This document shows positions 15,776 to 24,837 of a stretch of DNA of 32,000 bases, piece after piece; the first letter of the stretch is position 1, and each line of letters begins with the position of its first letter. The translations under genes were made by a program, and so were the position numbers. The notes under the pieces are model-generated. The model did no database searches. It was not told where the DNA came from and worked only from the letters and a program-made list of their open reading frames with translations. This stretch comes from Zymomonas mobilis subsp. mobilis ATCC 10988 (GTDB taxonomy: Bacteria; Pseudomonadota; Alphaproteobacteria; Sphingomonadales; Sphingomonadaceae). The stretch is from contig NC_017262.1 in the NCBI RefSeq assembly GCF_000175255.2, positions 750,001-782,000 on the forward strand. Direction: 5' to 3'.

Positions 15776-18142
15776 TTAGAAAGAGTTATGAACCGAGAAC
15801 ATGAAACTTCTCGGTGTGCCATAATAGTTATAATAATTCACATTACCCAAACGGGAATAATAGCGGGTATCGCTCAAATTGTTGACCGTCACCGAAATTT
15901 CGAATTTCGGGCTAAGCTGGTAACCGATTTGAGCGGATCCGATGATATAACCCGGTTGAGTAACCGTACGGGTTGTGCCAAAAGTAGAGCTTTGGGCATT
16001 AAGACCGCCGCCGAAACTTAAAATATTTTTGTCGGAAGATTTTCCCAAAGCAAAGCGGTAATGCGTCCATAATTTGAACAAATGAGCAGGCGTATTCGAC
16101 GTATAACGCGAACCGACCGGTAAAGTGCTACCAATAGCCTTCATGAGACGGTTATCATTATAGGTATAGCCGAAATTGATATCGAGGCCTTTCATCGGTT
16201 GCCCGATAATTTCGGTATCGAAACCTTGGCTCCGCACTAAACCAGCCGCTTCATAACAGGTCGAACTTTGCGATGGACCACAATCCATCCGACCATCTTC
16301 AGTCGCACGCGCCAAATTATGCTGCATAATACGATAAGCCGCAAAACTGGCATGCAGCTTTCCACGGAACCATGATCCCTTGATTCCGGCCTCCATTTGC
16401 TGCCCCTGCAATGGTTTAATCCGCGTTCCCGCTTCAGTATATCCACCCTGAGGTGAAAAAATATCCGTATAGCTGAAATAAGAAGTCAGATTAGGCGTCA
16501 TATGCCAGACGACACCGGCATAAGGCGTCAAATGATTTCCGACATGCTGCTGGATTTTGGTAGGCGTACCTGCGATCAAATTTTTCAGCTTATAGGTATA
16601 GCTGCTCAATCTTCCGCCCAACAAAATTTGAACAGGCTTAATTACTTCAATCTGGGCAGAGGCATATAAACCTTTTTGGACGAAAGGTTCTCTATAATAA
16701 GAGGTCAAATCTCCTGAAAGCAGATTTTGTGGAAGAACTGGATTAAAGATATCCTGATTAGTTAACTGAGGATTTTTGCTATAGGTCGCAGAACCACTAC
16801 CATCTCTTTCAAGATTGTAGCTATAGTTAGCCCCAACCAAGAAGATATGCTTCCGATTAAAGAGATGAACGGGGCCCGTCACATATAAATCAACGTCATC
16901 ATATCTTTCTTTATCGATAGCCTTCGTGAGATTAAAAGACCCCTTCATTGTTTGGGGATCAAGCTTGCTCAGCAAGCTATATTCTTGGGAAGAATTGGTA
17001 TAGCGATGCCGCCCCGCCAAACGAACCTGCCAACCTTTTCCAAGATGGCGCTCAAAATCAGCAGACAGCTCATACATTGGGGACTGACTTTTATTCCAAC
17101 TGGCACCGACATAGCTTGAAACCGGCAGGTTTAGATCCGAACCATTGCTAGCACGCGGCAATCCCATAAAACGGGTAGTCTTATTTTTTTGTCCAGCAGC
17201 CGTCAGGGTTAAAGTCGTTTTGTCATCAAAATGGAAATCAATGGCACCATATCCAGTCCAACGCTGGTCATGGCCGGGTTTATAGTAATAATCCTGACTG
17301 GTGCCAGCCATGACAATACGGCCATTGATTGTCCCTGCTTTATTAAGCGGGCCTGTCACATCAAAATAGCCATGCAGATTATTCCATGCCCCTACCGATC
17401 CACCGGTTTCGACATGAAATTTGTTCAAAGGCCGCTTGTGAACCATATTGATGACACCACCCGGGGAACCACCCCCTTGGAAAATACCATCAGGCCCGCG
17501 CAAAATTTCCATACGATCATAAATGCTCAGATCAAATTGCTGGGCAAAAGACGTCCCACCGAAAGATGGGATACTGTCAAATTGAGTATTCATGGAATAG
17601 CCACGAGACATAAATCCCGAAGTGCCATCACCATAATTATTAACCGTGACCCCAGGCACCTGATTCAAAGCCTCGTTAACAGTATTCAAATTCTGATCCA
17701 GCATCTGTTGCTTAGTCATAACAGACACTGACTGCGGAATATCTTCCAATCGTTGAATCCGCTTACCGATAGTAACCCCTTTTACGGCATAACTATTACT
17801 GCCGTCGGTAGTAGCTTTGGGACGATCGGCTTCAACGATTAAATCACGAATAGATAACTCATCCTCTGATCCCCTATCTTGGTGACCATGGTGATGACCG
17901 TGAGGGTGCTCGTCATGATAAGAATCTGCATGATGGTCGCGATCTTCGTGATGATGGCGATGATGCCGTCCCGACATAGAATCATCCGACCGCTCGGATT
18001 CCATATTTTCTTGAGGAAAGGATGCTGTTTCAGAAAAAGCTGCGGTCGATATGGCGCCTAGACAAAAACAAGGGAACAGCCAACCAATATTGCGTCTCAA
18101 AAAAGCATAGGAACGGCGACGAGGTGGTTCCAAAAAATTCAT
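15776..18142 (-). CDS. TonB-dependent outer-membrane receptor (siderophore-receptor type) with His-rich N-terminal extension
   Basis: 788 aa. Signal peptide and a TonB-box-like DLIVEAD. Plug motifs DIPQSVSVMTKQQMLDQ and MEILRGP. Long beta-barrel region ending in the terminal aromatic residue (...VHNSF). Residues 60-87 contain 14 His. Confidence 0.9.
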   Translation of the reverse strand: MNFLEPPRRRSYAFLRRNIGWLFPCFCLGAISTAAFSETASFPQENMESERSDDSMSGRHHRHHHEDRDHHADSYHDEHPHGHHHGHQDRGSEDELSIRDLIVEADRPKATTDGSNSYAVKGVTIGKRIQRLEDIPQSVSVMTKQQMLDQNLNTVNEALNQVPGVTVNNYGDGTSGFMSRGYSMNTQFDSIPSFGGTSFAQQFDLSIYDRMEILRGPDGIFQGGGSPGGVINMVHKRPLNKFHVETGGSVGAWNNLHGYFDVTGPLNKAGTINGRIVMAGTSQDYYYKPGHDQRWTGYGAIDFHFDDKTTLTLTAAGQKNKTTRFMGLPRASNGSDLNLPVSSYVGASWNKSQSPMYELSADFERHLGKGWQVRLAGRHRYTNSSQEYSLLSKLDPQTMKGSFNLTKAIDKERYDDVDLYVTGPVHLFNRKHIFLVGANYSYNLERDGSGSATYSKNPQLTNQDIFNPVLPQNLLSGDLTSYYREPFVQKGLYASAQIEVIKPVQILLGGRLSSYTYKLKNLIAGTPTKIQQHVGNHLTPYAGVVWHMTPNLTSYFSYTDIFSPQGGYTEAGTRIKPLQGQQMEAGIKGSWFRGKLHASFAAYRIMQHNLARATEDGRMDCGPSQSSTCYEAAGLVRSQGFDTEIIGQPMKGLDINFGYTYNDNRLMKAIGSTLPVGSRYTSNTPAHLFKLWTHYRFALGKSSDKNILSFGGGLNAQSSTFGTTRTVTQPGYIIGSAQIGYQLSPKFEISVTVNNLSDTRYYSRLGNVNYYNYYGTPRSFMFSVHNSF

Positions 18143-18323
18143 AGATAGAACCTTAAAATCAAAGGCTTGCAGATTTTAAAAACGGAAGCAGATTTCTCGA
18201 AATATACATAGACCCCCCTTAAAAACATATTATCTTATAATAAGAATATACCAATATGACAAAAAACAATAATTTAGCATATTATTAGATAATATTGTTT
18301 AGCAACAATGATTTATTATTCTA

Positions 18324-18352
18324 AATATGATATTGCAAATCAATATCATATT
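18324..18352. promoter_or_regulatory. Fur-box-like palindromic operator candidate upstream of the TonB-dependent receptor
   Basis: Perfect 12-bp inverted repeat AATATGATATTG-caaat-CAATATCATATT. The inner 19-mer GATATTGCAAATCAATATC (18329-18347) matches the classical Fur consensus GATAATGATAATCATTATC at 15/19 positions by hand count. It lies 182-210 nt upstream of the receptor ATG. Confidence 0.4.
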
Positions 18353-18589
18353 CAAGAGGTTTTCTAATGAAAGAATGTCAGAAAATATAAAATAATAAAA
18401 AAAGAGGGTTGTCTATATAATAAACAGAGACAAAAAAATTTTAAAATAAAATTACTATAAAGAGGATTAAATTATAAAAAATATCTTTACTTATAAAAGA
18501 TATGTTATTTTTTAATCAGGAGATCGCTCATTTTAAAAATTTAATATCTCAAATCAGAGACAGCATAATAGATAGCGATATTTCTTGGA

Positions 18590-18665
18590 TGGTGATCCCT
18601 ACGGGAATCGAACCCGTGTTTTCGCCGTGAGAGGGCGACGTCCTAGACCGCTAGACGAAGGGACC
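18590..18665 (-). tRNA. tRNA-Glu (anticodon CUC), CCA encoded
   Basis: The reverse complement reads GGTCCCTTCGTCTAGCGGTCTAGGACGTCGCCCTCTCACGGCGAAAACACGGGTTCGATTCCCGTAGGGATCACCA. It has a 7-bp acceptor stem (one G-U) and anticodon stem TCGCC/GGCGA with loop CT-CTC-AC. The T-arm is GGGTTCGATTCCC. It closely resembles E. coli tRNA-Glu. Confidence 0.92.
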
Positions 18666-18720
18666 AGCAGAGAAGCGCGGGATAGTCCACCCCGCCCTTC
18701 CCGTCAACTATAAAAGCCGC

Positions 18721-20049
18721 CTAGAACAAATCGGCAACTTGAAAGGCCATTTCCAAAGCCTGATCGCGACTTAAGCGCGGATCACAATGCGTCATATAAC
18801 GCCGTTTCAGGTCTTCTTCGCTCAATCCAGCGCTGCCACCGATGCATTCGGTTACATCCAAACCTGTCATTTCAAGATGGATACCACCGGCATAGGTGCC
18901 TTCTGCCTGATGAACAGCAAAGAAGCCTTTGACTTCATCAAGGATGCGTTCAAATGGTCGGGTTTTCTGACCTTCGCTGGTGGTTGTGCCATTGCCATGC
19001 ATAGGATCACAAATCCATGCGACAGGACGACCTTCCGCCTTAACGGCCCGAACCAAAGTAGGCAGATGCTTTTCGATCTTGTCCGCACCATAACGGGTAA
19101 TCAAGGTGATACGACCGGCTTCACGGGACGGATCAAGGACATCCAACAAGCGCAACAGCTCATCAGCTTCCAAATTGGGGCCACATTTCAAACCGATGGG
19201 GTTATCAATACCGCGCAAAAATTCGACATGAGCCGAACCTTCAAAACGGGTGCGATCACCAATCCACAAGAAATGACCGGATGTGGCATAATCCAATCCA
19301 TAGTCGCAATCGCTCCGCACCATGGCTTCTTCATAAGGCAGATGCAAAGCCTCATGGCTGGTAAAGCATGGCGCGGCATATCCGTTACCAAAACCGCCAC
19401 AGCTCTGGGCAAAACGGAACGCATCGCCCATTTCAGCGACCAGACCACGCCATGAATCATCTGCCCATGAACGGCTATTCACAAAGTCATGCAGACCGTT
19501 AAAGGCATATTCCCATTTGTCATCACCGGCTTGGGTATAGGCACGGATCAAATTAAGGGTGATGGCCGATTGGGCATGTCCGGCCAACAGACGATCTGGG
19601 TCGGGCAAACGCGCTTCTTCGGTAAAAGAAATATCGTTGACGTTATCGCCACGATAGCTTGGCAAAGAAACGCCATCTTTTTCTTCCATGTTGGAAGAAC
19701 GCGGCTTGGCAAACTGACCTGCAATCCGCCCGATGCGGACAACGGGCTTACCAGAAGCATAGGAAACAACGGCATCCATCCATAACAGGGCAGACAGAGT
19801 TGCACGCACAGATTCAGCCGAGAAATCGCGGAAACTTTCGGCACAGTCACCGCCTTGGACAACAAAGGCTTTGCCCTTGGCAACATCGGCCAATTTTTCT
19901 TTTAACAGTCGGGCTTCTGAACCCAAAATCAAAGGCGGGTAAGAAGATAACTGATCTAAAGCCTTATCCAGTTTATCGTTATCTGGATAAATCGGTAATT
20001 GTCGCGCTTCAAAATCGCGCCAACTATCTGGCGTCCAGTCTGTTACCAT
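18721..20049 (-). CDS. 3-deoxy-7-phosphoheptulonate (DAHP) synthase, class II
   Basis: About 442 aa from MVTDWTPDSWR (ATG 20049, AAGGA 6 nt upstream). Class II (plant/actinobacterial-type) motifs GRIAGQFAKPRS, LWIGDRTR and CDPMHGN. The ORF-track start at 20073 adds 8 residues without an RBS. Confidence 0.9.
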   Translation of the reverse strand: MVTDWTPDSWRDFEARQLPIYPDNDKLDKALDQLSSYPPLILGSEARLLKEKLADVAKGKAFVVQGGDCAESFRDFSAESVRATLSALLWMDAVVSYASGKPVVRIGRIAGQFAKPRSSNMEEKDGVSLPSYRGDNVNDISFTEEARLPDPDRLLAGHAQSAITLNLIRAYTQAGDDKWEYAFNGLHDFVNSRSWADDSWRGLVAEMGDAFRFAQSCGGFGNGYAAPCFTSHEALHLPYEEAMVRSDCDYGLDYATSGHFLWIGDRTRFEGSAHVEFLRGIDNPIGLKCGPNLEADELLRLLDVLDPSREAGRITLITRYGADKIEKHLPTLVRAVKAEGRPVAWICDPMHGNGTTTSEGQKTRPFERILDEVKGFFAVHQAEGTYAGGIHLEMTGLDVTECIGGSAGLSEEDLKRRYMTHCDPRLSRDQALEMAFQVADLF

Positions 20050-20141
20050 TATTATTCCTTTCAAGCTGCGCAAAGGCGGTTCATCAGTTTTCTATTCGGC
20101 AGGAGCGTTCTTTCTGTCAGAGAAAAGCTCTGGCAAAAAAC

Positions 20142-21692
20142 TCAGGCATTCCATTCAGGCCGCCATTCCCACCCCAAAGGATCACCATCAAGAACGTCAA
20201 TACCGGCTTCGGAAAGACGATCTCTGATGGCATCGGATGCCGCAAAATCTTTTTCTTTCCGTTTCAATTGCCGTTCTTCTAATAGATCCAAAACGTTATT
20301 TTCCTGTAAAGATGCGTTTTTGGGGCGGATATTGAGACTTGCCCGATCCAGATGCAGAAGATTGAGTCCCAATATCATGTCCATAGAGGCAATCAATCGT
20401 AACTGCTCTTCTGGTTGTAATTTTTTATTGCCAAGCGTTTCTTCCAGCAATGGCAAAGCCTGCGGCAACATCAAATCATTGGAAACAGCCAGATCAAAAA
20501 GTTCCAATATAGCCAAAGCCTCTTTTTTCAAAGGCGCTTCAATCAAACCCCGCTGATAATCAAGCGGCGCCCCTTTACTAAATGATCTTTCATCAAAAGC
20601 CCGCAACCAATCTGGTTCACCGTCAGCAACCACCTTTTTCTGGACTTTCTTTTTCAGCTGACCGACGGCAATGACCAACCGTTTCAAACGGGTTAAAGCC
20701 GCCAGAATATTATCTGGTGAAAACTCTAACTCGGAACGGTAATGGGCTGACAAGCATAATACCCGATAAGCCAAAGGATGGATACCCGCTTCTATCAAGG
20801 TAGAAAGGGTCAAGAAACTACCCTTTGACTTCGACATTTTACCGCTACGATCCACCAGAAAATTGTTATGGAGCCAGAAATTCGCACCTGTTTTCTGCTG
20901 GTCACCAGTAAAGGCCTGATTCTGGGCGATCTCGTTGCAGTGATGAATCTCGCGATGGTCAATCCCACCGGTATGGATATCGAATTGCTCACCCAGATAT
21001 TTCATGCTCATCACCGAGCATTCCAGATGCCATCCTGGCGCACCCGGGCCCCAAGGAGAAATCCATTCCATCTGGCGCTTTTCATCAGGAGAAGAACGCC
21101 GCCACAAAGCAAAATCAGCAGGATGCTTCTTACCGGCAACGGTTTCAATCCGCCCAACACCTTCGGCCTCACGATGACCGGCCAGTAATCCATACTCTTT
21201 TAAACGGCTGGTATCGAAATAAAGACCGCTATCCAGTTGATAGGTAAATCCGGCCTCTTCTATTTTTCGGGCAAAGGCAATCATATCCTCGATATGGTCG
21301 GTAGCAATGCTCCAGATAGTCGGATTAAAAATATTCAGATTTTTTAGATCAGACCAAAAGGCTTCGGTATAAAAGCGGGCAACATCCCATATTGTTTTTT
21401 GGGCTTTATGGGCGGCGGCTTCCATTTTATCGTCACCGGTATCACTGTCAGAAGTCAGATGCCCGACATCGGTGATATTGATGACATGATTGACCGGATA
21501 GCCTTTCCAGTTCAGCATCCGCCGCAAACTATCGGTAAAGACATAAGCCCGTAAATTTCCGAGATGGGCAAAATTATAAACAGTTGGGCCACAGCTATAA
21601 AGACGCACACGCTCTGGATCGATAGGGGTAAAATTTTCGATCTTTTTGGAAAGGCTGTTAAAAAACAGAACCGGTGCGGAAGGCTTGGCCAT
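20142..21692 (-). CDS. cysS: Cysteine--tRNA ligase
   Basis: 516 aa. Contains SCGPTVYNFAHLGNLR (CysRS zinc-Cys plus a HIGH-type motif), PGWHLECS, HHCNEIAQ and KMSKS. The C-terminal helical region is longer than I recall for E. coli CysRS. Confidence 0.9.
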   Translation of the reverse strand: MAKPSAPVLFFNSLSKKIENFTPIDPERVRLYSCGPTVYNFAHLGNLRAYVFTDSLRRMLNWKGYPVNHVINITDVGHLTSDSDTGDDKMEAAAHKAQKTIWDVARFYTEAFWSDLKNLNIFNPTIWSIATDHIEDMIAFARKIEEAGFTYQLDSGLYFDTSRLKEYGLLAGHREAEGVGRIETVAGKKHPADFALWRRSSPDEKRQMEWISPWGPGAPGWHLECSVMSMKYLGEQFDIHTGGIDHREIHHCNEIAQNQAFTGDQQKTGANFWLHNNFLVDRSGKMSKSKGSFLTLSTLIEAGIHPLAYRVLCLSAHYRSELEFSPDNILAALTRLKRLVIAVGQLKKKVQKKVVADGEPDWLRAFDERSFSKGAPLDYQRGLIEAPLKKEALAILELFDLAVSNDLMLPQALPLLEETLGNKKLQPEEQLRLIASMDMILGLNLLHLDRASLNIRPKNASLQENNVLDLLEERQLKRKEKDFAASDAIRDRLSEAGIDVLDGDPLGWEWRPEWNA

Positions 21693-21820
21693 CTGTCGTC
21701 CCTAATAAATAAAATACTATTCTTGCTGATAAGGAGGATAGGAAAGGTAAACCACGCCTTGCCTCAAAAACAAGAGAGAATGGCTTTTACCCGTTTTTGC
21801 ACCAGATATATATAGAATAA

Positions 21821-21892
21821 GGCGGGCATCTAACAGATACCCGCCTAAAATTCTGTATTGATATAAACCGCAGAAGCCTGCCGCTTATATCA
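21821..21892 (-). terminator. Two tandem hairpins terminating the small lipoprotein gene
   Basis: On the minus strand the first hairpin (21859-21892) is UGAUAUAAGCGGCAG-GCUU-CUGCGGUUUAUAUCA, about 14 bp with one mismatch. The second (21821-21846) is GGCGGGUAUC/GAUGCCCGCC followed by UUAUUCUAUAU. Confidence 0.6.
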
Positions 21893-21912
21893 ATCAAGGA
21901 AGAAAAAGCCGA

Positions 21913-22152
21913 TTATTTACCGACTTTGTTCTTCAGATCGTTCGCAGCATCGGTAGCTACATTGTCAACGCTTTCAGCAGCGTTGGCAGCAGCCGTGCTA
22001 ACGTCGGTTGCGAAATTGTCGATTGCGCCGTTGTCAACGGAGACAACAGAGTTGTCAGCCGTGTTAGCAGCTTCAGTGTTTTCAGCCGGTTTGTTGCAAG
22101 CAGCAACAGCCATCAGACCGGCGGCGGCAAAAATGATGCCAAGCTTCTTCAT
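21913..22152 (-). CDS. Small hypothetical lipoprotein (79 aa)
   Basis: Signal peptide with lipobox MKKLGIIFAAAGLMAVAA|C. GGAG lies 8 nt upstream. The mature part is Ala/Asn/Asp-rich with loose internal repeats. Terminator hairpins follow. No family recognised. Confidence 0.65.
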   Translation of the reverse strand: MKKLGIIFAAAGLMAVAACNKPAENTEAANTADNSVVSVDNGAIDNFATDVSTAAANAAESVDNVATDAANDLKNKVGK

Positions 22153-22860
22153 GAGAGTAGCTCCAGTTTTGTTAATAACGGGCCCGGTCCGAAACGCCGT
22201 GCCCCATTGGCTCCCAATAGCGATTCATTTCCAATAATCAATCAGGAAGAAAGCCTTTTCGACCTCTATTGGTCGCAAATTTGTGATTTCGAGGCAAAAA
22301 AGCTACAAAATAGAACAAGTTTTTTGAATAGAAGCTGATTATCACCCCTATTACTTCGATTTTATTTTAAAAATTTCGACAAAAAATGACGTTGTAAACG
22401 CTTTTGCGCTTTCGAGTCAGAATCGGGAAATAAAATAAAAACTTATAAGTTTCCTTATTATTGGTTTTTCTTGCAAGAATCACCGCATCGCCAATATCCT
22501 GTTTCTCGATGAAGAAGAAAATTTTTCAGGACGTTTTTTCAGATTTCTGTTCTTCCTTTTTAGCCCTTAGGGTGTATTCGCATAAAAATGGTTTTTCACG
22601 CAAAAATGCGAAATATTATTAACAATAAAAATAATATAATTTTACAAAAGACAAGGCGACCACGCCTTTCATCACCAAAATAAGGCGTAGAATTTTAGAA
22701 GACTTATCTATACAGGGTAAGGGTGATTTTTCTTCTTTTTAAAAACAACCAAACAAAGACACTGATGACCGCATTTTTTGGGGATCAGGATTTGCCAATA
22801 TAACAAAGCTTCGCTAATTTAGACGATATTTTCCCTTTTTCGCCAAATCTCGGAGACGTC

Positions 22861-24543
22861 ATGGCCGTCCAGTATAGTTATGTCATGAAAGGTCTGACCA
22901 AGACTTTTCCCGGCGCTAAAAAACCTGTTCTGAATAATATTCACCTGCAATTTTTACCCGGAACCAAAATCGCCATTATCGGTGTGAATGGTGCCGGTAA
23001 ATCGACCTTGATGAAAATCATGGCCGGTATGGACACCGAATTTCAGGGTGAAGCATGGGCAGCGGAAGGAATCCGCGTCGGCTATCTCCCACAGGAACCA
23101 GACCTTGACCCGACAAAGGATGTCAAAGGCAATGTGATGGACGGCGTTCGCGAAATCGCGGATCTGGTCGATCGCTTTAACGAAATCTCGACCTTAATGG
23201 CCGATCCGCCTGCGGATGCCGATTTTGACGCCCTGATGACTGAAATGGGCGAATTACAGGAACGGATTGACACTGTTGACGGCTGGACATTGGACAACCA
23301 GCTTGAAATCGCCATGGAAGCTCTGCGTTGCCCTCCCGGCGATGCCGATGTTACCAAACTTTCCGGTGGTGAACGCCGCCGCGTTGCGCTTTGCCGCTTG
23401 CTGTTGGAAAAACCCGAAATCCTGTTGCTAGATGAACCGACCAACCATCTTGATGCCGAAAGCGTCGCATGGCTGGAAAATCATCTGAAAGAATATCCGG
23501 GCAACGTCATTCTGGTTACCCATGACCGTTACTTCTTGGATAATGTCGTTGGTTGGGTGCTGGAAATCGACCGTGGTCGCGGTATTCCGTTTGAAGGCAA
23601 CTATTCTGCATGGTTAGAAGCCCAGTCGAAACGACTGGAGCAGGAAGAACGCGAAGAAGAAGGCCGTCAAAAAGCCATCCAGCAGGAATTGCAGTGGATT
23701 AGACAAAGCCCGAAAGCGCGTCAGACCAAGAGCAAAGCCCGTATCAAGGCTTTTGAAGAATTGGTTGAAAAGCAAAATGACCGCCGCCCGGGTGCGGCTC
23801 AGATCATGATCCAGATTCCGGAACGCTTGGGCAGCAAAGTTATCGAAGCACGCGGCCTGACCAAAAGCTTCGGTGAGAAAAAGCTGTTTGAAGATCTGAG
23901 CTTCACGCTGCCCCCCGGTGGTATTGTTGGCGTGATCGGTGCCAATGGTGCCGGTAAAACGACGCTGTTCAAACTGATTACCGGACAAGAAAAACCGGAT
24001 GCCGGTGAAATCGAAGTCGGGCCCACGGTGCAGCTTGGCTATGTCGATCAAAGCCGCGACCATCTCGACGATAAAAAGAATGTCTGGGAAGAAGTTTCCG
24101 ACGGTCTTGATCGCTTCACCTTCGGTAAGCATGAAATCGCTACCCGCGCTTATGTCGGTGCCTTTAATTTCAAAGGCTCGGATCAGCAGAAAAAAGTTGG
24201 CCAGTTATCAGGCGGTGAAAGAAACCGCGTCCATATGGCCAAAATGCTGAAAGAAGGCGGAAACGTTTTGCTGTTGGATGAACCGACCAACGATCTTGAC
24301 GTTGAAACCCTGCGTGCTTTGGAAGAAGCCTTGGAAAACTTCGCTGGTTGCGCCGTAGTTATCAGCCATGACCGTTTCTTCCTTGACCGCTTGGCAACCC
24401 ATATCCTCGCTTTTGAAGGCGACGGCCATGTCGAATGGTTTGAAGGTAACTTCGAATCCTATGAAGAAGACAAACGCCGCCGCTTGGGTGATGCCGCTGA
24501 CCGCTCCAGCGCACAGGCCTATAAAAAATTAACTCGCAACTAA
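22861..24543 (+). CDS. ettA: Energy-dependent translational throttle protein EttA (ABC-F ATPase)
   Basis: 560 aa. Two ABC cassettes (Walker A GVNGAGKST and GANGAGKTT; signatures LSGGERRR and LSGGERNR), a charged inter-domain linker and no TM domain. The N-terminus is collinear with E. coli EttA/YjjK from memory. Confidence 0.9.
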   Translation: MAVQYSYVMKGLTKTFPGAKKPVLNNIHLQFLPGTKIAIIGVNGAGKSTLMKIMAGMDTEFQGEAWAAEGIRVGYLPQEPDLDPTKDVKGNVMDGVREIADLVDRFNEISTLMADPPADADFDALMTEMGELQERIDTVDGWTLDNQLEIAMEALRCPPGDADVTKLSGGERRRVALCRLLLEKPEILLLDEPTNHLDAESVAWLENHLKEYPGNVILVTHDRYFLDNVVGWVLEIDRGRGIPFEGNYSAWLEAQSKRLEQEEREEEGRQKAIQQELQWIRQSPKARQTKSKARIKAFEELVEKQNDRRPGAAQIMIQIPERLGSKVIEARGLTKSFGEKKLFEDLSFTLPPGGIVGVIGANGAGKTTLFKLITGQEKPDAGEIEVGPTVQLGYVDQSRDHLDDKKNVWEEVSDGLDRFTFGKHEIATRAYVGAFNFKGSDQQKKVGQLSGGERNRVHMAKMLKEGGNVLLLDEPTNDLDVETLRALEEALENFAGCAVVISHDRFFLDRLATHILAFEGDGHVEWFEGNFESYEEDKRRRLGDAADRSSAQAYKKLTRN

Positions 24544-24554
24544 TCATGTTGCCT

Positions 24555-24591
24555 CTGTCCTGACCGGATTTTCCGGTCGGGACAGTTTTTA
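24555..24591 (+). terminator. Rho-independent terminator of ettA
   Basis: Stem CTGTCCTGACCGG/CCGGTCGGGACAG (13 bp, one G-U) with a 4-nt loop, followed by TTTTTA. It starts 12 nt after the stop. Confidence 0.85.
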
Positions 24592-24756
24592 TCTTATCCC
24601 TAGAATCGCGGATACTTTCTTAAAGTATCTGCTCTCCCTCCATCCGCGTTACTAGCTCTCATAAACTGACGAGCGGAAAACGCCTTACCGTCTTGTCCTA
24701 GCGGCGGCGATTCCTACAATCGATTCCAAGCCTAATTATCCAACAACGACCTACTC

Positions 24757-24786
24757 AAAAAAAAGAACCGGCCATAAAATGACCGG
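24757..24786 (-). terminator. Rho-independent terminator of ahcY
   Basis: Minus-strand CCGGUCAU-UUU-AUGGCCGG followed by UUCUUUUUUUU. A separate perfect 8-bp hairpin with a 4-nt loop (GAAGAGAG-CGCU-CUCUCUUC, 24806-24825) precedes it, 12 nt after the stop. Confidence 0.8.
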
Positions 24787-24837
24787 CTCCTTGTGCTTTC
24801 ATTCAGAAGAGAGAGCGCTCTCTTCCAAAATGACAAA

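Noticed and set aside
24608-24632. Extra 8-11-bp hairpin (GATACTTT-ctt-AAAGTATC) beyond the ettA terminator, considered as a REP-like or sRNA element
   Set aside because: It is a single copy in the window with no flanking promoter or U-tract, and it lies in a convergent 3'-3' spacer. The evidence is insufficient for anything beyond an incidental or auxiliary 3' structure.
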